A model generated the notes under the pieces. It was not told where the DNA came from and did no database searches. It saw only the letters and a program-made list of their open reading frames with translations. DNA of 64,000 nucleotides from contig JAIVHI010000167.1 of assembly GCA_020201155.1 (NCBI GenBank), positions 5,688-69,687 of the forward strand, written 5' to 3'. Each line of letters starts with the position of its first letter. Positions within the stretch are counted from its first letter, which is position 1. This document shows, piece after piece, positions 41,573 through 49,535 of the stretch. Position numbers and translations under genes: made by a program. This DNA is from Loktanella sp. (GTDB taxonomy: Bacteria; Pseudomonadota; Alphaproteobacteria; Rhodobacterales; Rhodobacteraceae).

Positions 41573-42573
41573 CAGACCCCTTCCCCTTTTCCGCCATCGT
41601 CGGTCAGGACGAGATGAAACTCGCCATGATGCTGACCGCCGTGGACCCGTCCATCGGCGGCGTGCTGGTCTTCGGTGACCGCGGGACAGGCAAGTCCACC
41701 GCCGTTCGCGCCCTGCCCGCCCTATTGCCACAGCTGACTGCGGTCACAGGCTGCCCCGTCAACTCCGAACGGGTGACGGATGTGCCGGACTGGGCCAAGG
41801 GGGCGGGCACGACGACCCACCGGATCGGCACACCCGTGGTCGACCTGCCACTGGGCGCAAGCGAAGACCGCGTCACCGGCGCGCTGGACATCGAAGCGGC
41901 TCTGACACGGGGCGAAAAGGCGTTTCAGCCGGGTCTGCTGGCCCGCGCCAATCGGGGTTACCTTTACATCGACGAGGTGAACCTGCTCGAAGATCACATC
42001 GTCGATCTGCTGCTCGACGTGGCGCAATCGGGCGAAAACGTCGTCGAACGCGACGGTCTGTCGATCCGCCACCCTGCCCGCTTCGTCCTTGTCGGCTCTG
42101 GCAACCCCGAAGAGGGTGAATTGCGCCCGCAGCTTCTCGACCGTTTCGGCCTTTCGGTCGAAGTCGCCAGCCCCAAGACGGTGGACGACCGCGTCGAGGT
42201 GATGAAACGCCGCCACGCCTACGAATCCGATCACGCCGCCTTCATGCTGCGCTGGCAGGCTGAAGACGCCGCCGTCCGCGAACGGATCGTCACCGCCCGC
42301 GAGACGCTGAAGACCCTCGATGCCACCGACGAAGTCCTGCAGGACATCGCGGAGCTTTGCCTGAAACTGGGCGCCGACGGTCTGCGGGGCGAGCTGACGC
42401 TGCTCAAGGCCGCCCGCGCCTATGCCGCCTACCGCAACGACACGGCCATCGGGCGGACGCATATCCGCGAAACCGCGACGCTGGCCCTGCGCCACCGGTT
42501 GCGCCGCGATCCACTGGACGAGGCTGGCTCTGGCGCACGCGTTGCACGTGTCCTCTCGGATACACTCGCCTAG
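41569..42573 (+). CDS. bchI: Mg-chelatase ATPase subunit I
   Basis: Starts MTDPFPFSAIVGQDEMKLAMML. AAA+ Walker A GDRGTGKST. 334 aa. Confidence 0.95.
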   Translation: MTDPFPFSAIVGQDEMKLAMMLTAVDPSIGGVLVFGDRGTGKSTAVRALPALLPQLTAVTGCPVNSERVTDVPDWAKGAGTTTHRIGTPVVDLPLGASEDRVTGALDIEAALTRGEKAFQPGLLARANRGYLYIDEVNLLEDHIVDLLLDVAQSGENVVERDGLSIRHPARFVLVGSGNPEEGELRPQLLDRFGLSVEVASPKTVDDRVEVMKRRHAYESDHAAFMLRWQAEDAAVRERIVTARETLKTLDATDEVLQDIAELCLKLGADGLRGELTLLKAARAYAAYRNDTAIGRTHIRETATLALRHRLRRDPLDEAGSGARVARVLSDTLA

Positions 42574-44225
42574 TGGACAATCCCGCGCTCTCCCGTTGCC
42601 GTCTCGCACTGACGCTGCTGGCCATCGCACCCTTTGCGCTTGGCGGGGCCTGCCTGCGCGGACGTGCCGGGGGTGCACGGGACATCGTCCTGCGCGATCT
42701 CGGCGCCTTTCCCGCGCCACAGCATCGCTTGCCGCCCGACGCCAGTGACGCCCGTCTCTTCGGCGGGCTCGACCTTGCCGCGACGCTGTCTTCGGGCCAG
42801 GTCGCCCACAGCGCCGGTGTGCTGGCGACTGCACGGACGCTGATCCTGCCGATGGCGGAACGGATCACGCCGGGCCTGGCGGGGCGGCTGTCGGGCGCGC
42901 TTGATGATGGCACCTTCTGCGTTCTCGCCCTTGACGAAGGGGTCGATGAAGAGGCGCTGCATCCCGCCCTTGCCGACCGGCTGGCCTTCTCCCTTGACCT
43001 TGACGAAATTCGGGCGACCGAGGCGCAGGCGCTATCGTTTGATTTAGACTCTGTTGCAGCCGCACAGACCCTGTTTTCCCGCGTCACCGTCCAGCCGGAC
43101 CAGATTCTCGAACTGGCGACACTCACTTTGACGCTGGGCATCTCGAGCCTGCGTGCGCCGCACTTCGCCCTGACCTGCGCCCGTGCTCACGCGGCGTTTC
43201 TCGGACGTGACCACGTCACCCAAGACGACCTGATCGCCGCCGCCGAACTCACGCTGGCCCATCGCGCGACGCAACTGCCAGAGACTGATCCACCGCCGCC
43301 GCCGCCACCCGAAGGCGACGACGAAGAGACACCGCCGGATGAAACGCCGGAAAACGAAGACCTGGACCTGCCCGATGACATGCTGCTCGACGCCGTGAAG
43401 GCCGCCCTGCCCGCGGGTCTGCTGGAACGGCTGGCCAGTGGGGCTGCCCGCAGCGCCACCGGCAGCGGTAGTGGCGCACGCACCAAAAGCAACCGGCGCG
43501 GACGCCCCCTGCCCGCCCGCCCGGGCCGCCCCGACCAAGGCAAGCGCATCGACGTCGTCTCGACCCTGCGCGCCGCGGCACCCTGGCAAAAGCTGCGCGA
43601 AAAGGGCGACGGTCCGGTCCGCGTCTGGCCATCGGACATTCACATCAAGCACTACGAACAGACCTCTGACCGCTTGCTGATCTTCACGGTCGATGCCTCG
43701 GGCTCTGCCGCGATCGCACGGTTGGCCGAAGCCAAGGGCGCGATTGAATTGCTGTTGTCGGAAGCCTATGCAAGACGGGATCACGTGGCGCTGATCGCCT
43801 TTCGCGGCACGGATGCGGATGTTCTGTTGCCTCCCACACGGTCGCTGGTTCAAACCAAGCGCCGCTTGGCGGCACTTCCGGGCGGTGGGGGAACACCCCT
43901 GGCGCATGGATTGGAGGCCGCATTGACGCTGTCGCTGACAGCGCGGGGGCGCGGCCTGACACCCACGCTGGTCCTGCTGACAGACGGTCGGGCCAACATC
44001 GACCGGCAAGGTCAGGTGGATCGCCCGCAAGCCGCGACAGACGCCCAGACCATCGCCCGCGCGATCAGGGGACAAGGGATCGACGCGCTTGTGATCGACA
44101 CGGGAAACAGACCCGAACCCGCCTTGTCGAGCCTGTCACAGACCCTGAACGCCACCTATCTTCCCCTGCCCCGCGCAGATGCCCGCCGATTGTCAGCCGC
44201 CGTCTCTGACGCGTTGGACCAATAA
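42573..44225 (+). CDS. bchD: Mg-chelatase subunit D
   Basis: GTG 42573 overlaps the bchI TAG by 1 nt. Degenerate AAA+ N-domain, Pro/acidic linker (DPPPPPPPEGDDEETPPDETPENEDLDLPDD) and a C-terminal vWA domain. About 550 aa. Confidence 0.88.
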   Translation: MDNPALSRCRLALTLLAIAPFALGGACLRGRAGGARDIVLRDLGAFPAPQHRLPPDASDARLFGGLDLAATLSSGQVAHSAGVLATARTLILPMAERITPGLAGRLSGALDDGTFCVLALDEGVDEEALHPALADRLAFSLDLDEIRATEAQALSFDLDSVAAAQTLFSRVTVQPDQILELATLTLTLGISSLRAPHFALTCARAHAAFLGRDHVTQDDLIAAAELTLAHRATQLPETDPPPPPPPEGDDEETPPDETPENEDLDLPDDMLLDAVKAALPAGLLERLASGAARSATGSGSGARTKSNRRGRPLPARPGRPDQGKRIDVVSTLRAAAPWQKLREKGDGPVRVWPSDIHIKHYEQTSDRLLIFTVDASGSAAIARLAEAKGAIELLLSEAYARRDHVALIAFRGTDADVLLPPTRSLVQTKRRLAALPGGGGTPLAHGLEAALTLSLTARGRGLTPTLVLLTDGRANIDRQGQVDRPQAATDAQTIARAIRGQGIDALVIDTGNRPEPALSSLSQTLNATYLPLPRADARRLSAAVSDALDQ

Positions 44226-44228
44226 GGG

Positions 44229-45086
44229 ATGCGCTGGCCCGAAAACGCGCAAGGCTGGCCACTGGCCGAGCATTCGCGCTTTGTCCTGTCACGTCCGCAC
44301 CGCTGGCATGTGCAGGAGGCCGGTGAAGGCCCGACCCTGCTGCTGATCCACGGCGCGGGCGGCGCCACGCAAAGCTGGCGCGGGCTGTTTCCCCTTCTGG
44401 CGCAGGATCACCACGTGATCGCCGTCGACCTGCCCGGCCAAGGCTTTACCCAGATGGGCGCACGGATGCGCTGTGGTCTCGACTACATGGCCGAGGACCT
44501 TCTGTCACTGACCACGTCCCAAGGCTGGAAACCCGATGTCTTGATCGGTCATTCCGCCGGAGCGGCAATCGCGCTGCGCATGGCGGAACAGATGGATGCG
44601 CCCCCGGTGATCGGGCTCAATGCAGCACTCGACCGTTTCGAGGGCATGGCGGGCTGGTTGTTTCCGCTGATGGCAAAGGCCCTGTCGCTGACGCCCTTCA
44701 CGGCTGACATTTTCACACGTACCGCCGCTTCGCCCGGAACGGTCAAGCGCCTGCTTGCCAGCACAGGGTCGGCGCTGGATGCAGAAGGCATCGCCCTTTA
44801 CCGGCGCCTGATCACCGATCGGACGCATGTGGACGCCACGCTGGCGATGATGTCGCAATGGTCCGTCGATACCCTTGTCAGCCGGTTGGCAAGCCATGGC
44901 TCCAAGACGCTTCTGATGGCCGGGGCCGCCGATGGGGCCGTGCCCCCGCAGGTATCGCGGCGCGTTGCCAGCGTGATGCCGAATGCGTCCTTCATTCAAC
45001 TTGAGGGGTTGGGGCATTTGATGCACGAGGAAGATCCTGCAGCTTTGGCGGGGCTGATCACAACATTCGTGACAGACAGCCTGTGA
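44229..45086 (+). CDS. bchO: alpha/beta-hydrolase BchO
   Basis: 285 aa (..LLLIHGAGGATQSW.. GHSAGAA nucleophile elbow), after bchD as in Rhodobacter. Confidence 0.8.
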   Translation: MRWPENAQGWPLAEHSRFVLSRPHRWHVQEAGEGPTLLLIHGAGGATQSWRGLFPLLAQDHHVIAVDLPGQGFTQMGARMRCGLDYMAEDLLSLTTSQGWKPDVLIGHSAGAAIALRMAEQMDAPPVIGLNAALDRFEGMAGWLFPLMAKALSLTPFTADIFTRTAASPGTVKRLLASTGSALDAEGIALYRRLITDRTHVDATLAMMSQWSVDTLVSRLASHGSKTLLMAGAADGAVPPQVSRRVASVMPNASFIQLEGLGHLMHEEDPAALAGLITTFVTDSL

Positions 45087-45132
45087 TTGGCGTTTGTCAG
45101 CTGTTTGCATGGCAGCAATCAGACTAAGCAAC

Positions 45133-45436
45133 TGAGCTGCCCCGAAATTTGGACACTGACGCAAGCTGCGATTTGTTGTCTGCTGATCTTCAATACAAAT
45201 GAGATCAGACATGTCGAAACGGAAGCAACATCACCCAGAGTTCAAGGCCAAGGTCGCGTTAGAGGCGCTGAAAGGGCGAAGAGACGGTCAGCGAGTTGGC
45301 CAGTCGATTTGGGGTTCACCCAACGATGATCCATCAATGGACGCGTGCCTTGCTTGAAGGCGCGTCAGGCGTATTTGAGCGTGACGGCCGGAAGGCACCG
45401 GAAGTCGATGAGGAACAGGTCAAAGACCTGCACGCC
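45133..45436 (+). mobile_element. IS3-family left-end remnant with truncated, frameshifted orfA
   Basis: A TGAGCTGCCCC.. terminus candidate at 45133. ATG 45211 encodes MSKRKQHHPEFKAKVALEALKG. A 1-nt insertion breaks the frame; in the shifted frame it continues ..EETVSELASRFGVHPTMIHQW.RALLEGASGVFER..EEQVKDLHA. Homology stops about 45436. Confidence 0.8.
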
Positions 45437-45732
45437 ACCTTGGCACACACCTGCCGTCGGGGAGCGGTTACATAATCAAAGCCCTTCGTCATTGCAACGA
45501 AGTCAACTAGGTCAGACTTCCCTTGGGTATTGAAGCTTTCCAGCAAATGCCGTTAGTTAATCGTCGCGCGTTTCCGTTTGGAAGAGTAATATTCTGACTA
45601 AATCGATGGTGAGAGCAAAGGCCCTATGAGACACTGAAGGCGGATATCGCTGAGGTAGGCGACGCTCTTTTCGATGTAGAAATTAATGAATTTAGGGTGA
45701 CTGAAAATGGTCAATAAACTGAGTATTTTGAT

Positions 45733-47037
45733 ATGAAAATTGCAATGATTGGAACGGGATATGTCGGACTTGTTTCGGGGGTTTGCTTTTCGGATTTTGG
45801 TCATGACGTCGTATGCGTCGATACCTCATCTGAGAAAATAGCCAAGCTGAACGCCGGAGAGGTTCCGATCTATGAGCCCGGTCTCGATACTGTCATGGCG
45901 CGCAATTTTGCGGCGGGGCGCCTTCGGTTTTCCACTGATACCGCTGCTGCTGTGGACGGAGCCGACGCAGTGTTCATCGCAGTTGGCACGCCGACGCGGC
46001 GTGGGGATGGGCATGCTGATTTGACCTACTTGATGGCCGCCGCAGAGGATGTCGCTCGCGCTCTGACCGGATATGCGGTGGTTGTTACCAAATCAACGGT
46101 TCCGGTCGGCACCAATCGGCGGGTTGCGGATTTACTCCAGCTAACGCGTCCAGACGCAGATTTTGATGTGGCCTCCAACCCCGAGTTCTTGCGCGAAGGT
46201 GCGGCAATTGAGGACTTCATGAAGCCAGACCGCGTGGTTATTGGTGTTGAAACCGATCGTGCCAAAAAGGTCATGGGAGAGATCTACCGACCGCTGTTCC
46301 TGCGCGATTTCCCAATCACCTACACCGACTTGGAAAGTGCGGAATTGATAAAATACGCGGCCAACGCTTTCCTGGCGACAAAGATTAGTTTCATCAACGA
46401 GATTGCCGCGCTTTGCGAACGTGTAGGCGCCAACGTGAAGTCTGTTGCCAAAGGCATGGGGATGGACGGACGCATCGGAAACAAATTTCTGCATGCAGGC
46501 CCGGGTTACGGAGGTTCGTGCTTTCCAAAAGACACGTCCGCTCTTGCGCGTATCGGTCAAGAGCACGGGATTCCAATGCGCATCACGGAGGCGGTCATTT
46601 TGGTGAATGATGCCGTCAAGCGGCGCATGCTCGATAAGGTGATGGACCTCTGTGATGGTGCCGTGAATGGAAAGCAGATCCTTGTTCTCGGTGTGACATT
46701 TAAGCCAAACACAGACGACATGCGTGAGGCACCAGCGCTGACAATCGTCCCCGCGCTTGTCGGCGCAGGCGCAAAGGTTCGCATCGTTGATCCGCAAGGC
46801 AAACGCGAAGGTGAAGCTTTGCTGCCAGGCGCATCCTGGCATGAAGACCCTTACGAGGCAGCAGCCGACGCCGAGGCGATCATCATTCTGACCGAGTGGA
46901 ATGAATTCCGGGCCCTGGATCTCAGCCGCTTGGCAGGCGCAATGGCGTCCCCAAAAATGGCGGATTTGCGCAACATCTACGATGAAGCGGAAGCAGTAGC
47001 GGCCGGTTTCACTGCCTATGTGAGTGTCGGGCGATGA
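45733..47037 (+). CDS. ugd: UDP-glucose 6-dehydrogenase
   Basis: 434 aa (MKIAMIGTGYVGLVSGVCFSDFGHDV.. ..GGSCFPKDT..). Visibly lower GC than the PGC. Confidence 0.93.
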   Translation: MKIAMIGTGYVGLVSGVCFSDFGHDVVCVDTSSEKIAKLNAGEVPIYEPGLDTVMARNFAAGRLRFSTDTAAAVDGADAVFIAVGTPTRRGDGHADLTYLMAAAEDVARALTGYAVVVTKSTVPVGTNRRVADLLQLTRPDADFDVASNPEFLREGAAIEDFMKPDRVVIGVETDRAKKVMGEIYRPLFLRDFPITYTDLESAELIKYAANAFLATKISFINEIAALCERVGANVKSVAKGMGMDGRIGNKFLHAGPGYGGSCFPKDTSALARIGQEHGIPMRITEAVILVNDAVKRRMLDKVMDLCDGAVNGKQILVLGVTFKPNTDDMREAPALTIVPALVGAGAKVRIVDPQGKREGEALLPGASWHEDPYEAAADAEAIIILTEWNEFRALDLSRLAGAMASPKMADLRNIYDEAEAVAAGFTAYVSVGR

Positions 47038-48062
47038 AAAAGAGCGACACTTTGCAGCGCGTCCTCATCACCGGCACCGCCGGCTTTATCGGTTTTCATC
47101 TGGCTAAGCTGCTGCTTGCCGAAGGGTTCGTCGTCCAAGGATATGACGGGATGACGGATTACTACGATGTGGCGTTGAAGCAGCGGCGTCACCAGATGCT
47201 TTTACAAAACCCGAACTTCGCTGCAACCGAAGGTATGCTTGAGGACCAGACGCTGTTCGACCGCGTTGCGGATGACTTCGCTCCGGATGTAATCGTCCAC
47301 CTTGCCGCCCAGGCGGGCGTCCGCTACAGCCTTGATAACCCGCGTGCTTATCTCGAAAGCAATGTCATCGGAACATTTAATGTGATGGACGCTGCGCGGC
47401 GTCTCGAAGTTAAGCACTTGCTGATGGCTTCGACGTCGTCAGTCTACGGCGCAAATACCGAAATGCCATTCATCGAGACTGAAAAGGCCGACACGCAACT
47501 GACGATCTACGCTGCAACGAAGAAAGCCAATGAGAGCATGGCGCATGCCTATGCCAATCTTTACGGCTTGCCGACCACGATGTTCCGGTTCTTCACCGTC
47601 TATGGTCCTTGGGGTCGTCCGGATCTCGCACTCTATAAATTCGTCGATGCGATCTTGGATGGACGCCCGATCGACATCTACAATCACGGCGACATGTATC
47701 GCGACTTTACTTATGTAGATGATCTGGTCCGCGCGATCAGGCTTCTGATGGACGCCGTTCCTGAGCGTTCCGTAGATCACAATGTGCGCGAAGGTGACAG
47801 CTTATCACCCGTTGCACCCTACCGTGTGGTCAACATCGGGAACTCCGACAAGGTGCGCTTGCTTGATTTTGTGGATGCGATCGAAGATTGCCTTGGGCAA
47901 AAGGCTGATCGGAATTACCTGAGCATGCAGACTGGTGATATGCCAGCGACCTGGGCCAATGCAGAACTGCTGAAAACGCTGACTGGCTATCGTCCCCAGA
48001 CTAGTTTTCGGGAAGGCATCACGCGGTTTATAGACTGGTACCGAGAATATTCGGGGAAATGA
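47034..48062 (+). CDS. NAD-dependent epimerase (UDP-glucuronate 4-epimerase-like)
   Basis: 342 aa (ITGTAGFIGFHL.. YAATKKANE ..), extended SDR family. ATGA overlap with ugd. Confidence 0.85.
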   Translation: MKKSDTLQRVLITGTAGFIGFHLAKLLLAEGFVVQGYDGMTDYYDVALKQRRHQMLLQNPNFAATEGMLEDQTLFDRVADDFAPDVIVHLAAQAGVRYSLDNPRAYLESNVIGTFNVMDAARRLEVKHLLMASTSSVYGANTEMPFIETEKADTQLTIYAATKKANESMAHAYANLYGLPTTMFRFFTVYGPWGRPDLALYKFVDAILDGRPIDIYNHGDMYRDFTYVDDLVRAIRLLMDAVPERSVDHNVREGDSLSPVAPYRVVNIGNSDKVRLLDFVDAIEDCLGQKADRNYLSMQTGDMPATWANAELLKTLTGYRPQTSFREGITRFIDWYREYSGK

Positions 48063-49195
48063 CATCTGAAATGACGACCAAATCTATTCTCGGTTGTGGC
48101 CACGCCCGAATGTCTTTGGCTATGGAGTTGGGCAAGCAGCGGTTTGTCATCGGCCTAGATTCTTTCTCTAGTCGTGCCAGAAGCCGTGCGCGAAGAGAGG
48201 CTCATCTCTTAGCATTCAACTCAATCCTCGCATTACTGGTATTCTTACTGGCCTTCGGTGTCATCACGATGGCGCGGCTAATTGGCCGACTGCTGGGGGT
48301 GTTCATTATGGTTTTCTGTGAAGGGCTGTCACTAGAACTGGCGCGGGTCAAACGGAGGGCCGTAATTGTGGGGATTGCGTTGAGTGGCTGCCTTTCCGCA
48401 GTGGGTGTTACCGCAGAGGAGTCACCATCTTGTGCCGATCAAGAAGCAGAGGCGTGGCTGACGGAAAAATTCGGTCCGGCACCGCCTGAGGCCGGGACGC
48501 TGACGGGCCGACAGCGGCTCGAGACTCCCATATGGTTCCGCGGTGCCGAAATCCGCGAAGCGAAATATGCCGTATCACTGCGCCGCGGCCCAGGCGGTGG
48601 AGAAGCAGCGCTGAGCAACCTGCGGATCGGACCTCTTGTCTCCACCGATGCCTACGGGGCGGGAGTTCGCGTCGAGGTTCCGAAAAGTCATGTAGATTCA
48701 AGTGATTCGGAAGTGCGACTGTTTCTTCATGATGTCCAAATATCCCCAAATTGGCCGGATTGGCTCACTTACGGAAAGACGAATTACGATGGCGTGGATT
48801 TCAGTTCGCCCGGAGAACTCTACGGTCATGCCGTGCGGATCCATAACTGGAATGCCGATGCCGCGCTCGACATCAAGGCGGACCGGTCGCAGTTTGTGGA
48901 TCTCGAGGTCAGTGGCCCGGGAAACCGACCGCTGCGTTACTGGCGGGCAGGACCCCATGATCTCATTGCGTCGAGCATCAGTCGCCCTGACGAAGGGCCG
49001 CTGGTGTGGTTCGCCGATTGCGATGCCGCTACGCTGAGGATCCATGGAACGTTATTCAATGGCGACGAGCACCTGCCGCTACACAAAATCTCGTGCGAAA
49101 GGGGCGAGGAGCCTGAAATCATTCACCTTTCTGATGACCCGAGGGTCACGGGGGACGTCCACCCGATGCTACGCGGCTGTCCGAACGGCGGATGA
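48059..49195 (+). CDS. hypothetical membrane-anchored/lipoprotein-like protein
   Basis: 378-aa ORF coupled (ATGA) to the epimerase gene. The internal ATG 48308 gives a lipoprotein-type signal (..RVKRRAVIVGIALSGC). No family recognised. Confidence 0.5.
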   Translation: MTSEMTTKSILGCGHARMSLAMELGKQRFVIGLDSFSSRARSRARREAHLLAFNSILALLVFLLAFGVITMARLIGRLLGVFIMVFCEGLSLELARVKRRAVIVGIALSGCLSAVGVTAEESPSCADQEAEAWLTEKFGPAPPEAGTLTGRQRLETPIWFRGAEIREAKYAVSLRRGPGGGEAALSNLRIGPLVSTDAYGAGVRVEVPKSHVDSSDSEVRLFLHDVQISPNWPDWLTYGKTNYDGVDFSSPGELYGHAVRIHNWNADAALDIKADRSQFVDLEVSGPGNRPLRYWRAGPHDLIASSISRPDEGPLVWFADCDAATLRIHGTLFNGDEHLPLHKISCERGEEPEIIHLSDDPRVTGDVHPMLRGCPNGG

Positions 49196-49535
49196 CGCGG
49201 AGGGTCCGGAGCGGAGCCAGCAGGGCCCAAAGCAGCAAGCGCGGGTTACAATTGGGTTGGCAGCCTGCTGGAGGGCGCAGATCCGTCGGCTTCACGATCG
49301 ACGGATATCCGACTGCGCAGTCAGAGCCTGAAGTGTGATTTACTGCGCCAAGACTAAGCGGCCATTCCGGGCGCAGCAATGCAAGTTTTCGGGGAACGTT
49401 TGTGCATTTCCTTTCCAAGTCGGAAACCTTTTTTAAGGTGCATCAAGGTAGTGCGAAGGCGACGAGAGAGGTATAGTCGAGGCTGTCACCGCAATCTCTG
49501 CTCGATCGCGGCGTCGCTATGATGGGGTAGAACGT

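Noticed and set aside
43290-43380. Pro-rich and acidic low-complexity stretch (CCGCCGCCGCCGCC..GACGACGAAGAG..) that looks like a simple-sequence repeat.
   Set aside because: It encodes the poly-Pro/acidic linker (PPPPPPPEGDDEETPPDETPENEDLDLPDD) characteristic of Mg-chelatase D subunits, so it is not an independent repeat element.
45087-45329. 80-aa track ORF (MAFVSCLHGSNQTK...).
   Set aside because: It is an alternate-frame reading across the IS3 terminus and orfA remnant. The IS3 OrfA frame, although frameshifted, explains the region.
49196-49535. Inverted repeat ATCCGTCG..CGACGGAT (~49281-49306) and a 90-aa minus-strand ORF (49146-49418) in the spacer before the ExoP-like gene.
   Set aside because: The hairpin has no U-tract and only an 8-bp stem, so it is at best a weak terminator for the upstream gene. 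The ORF has no Shine-Dalgarno, no recognisable family and an odd composition.
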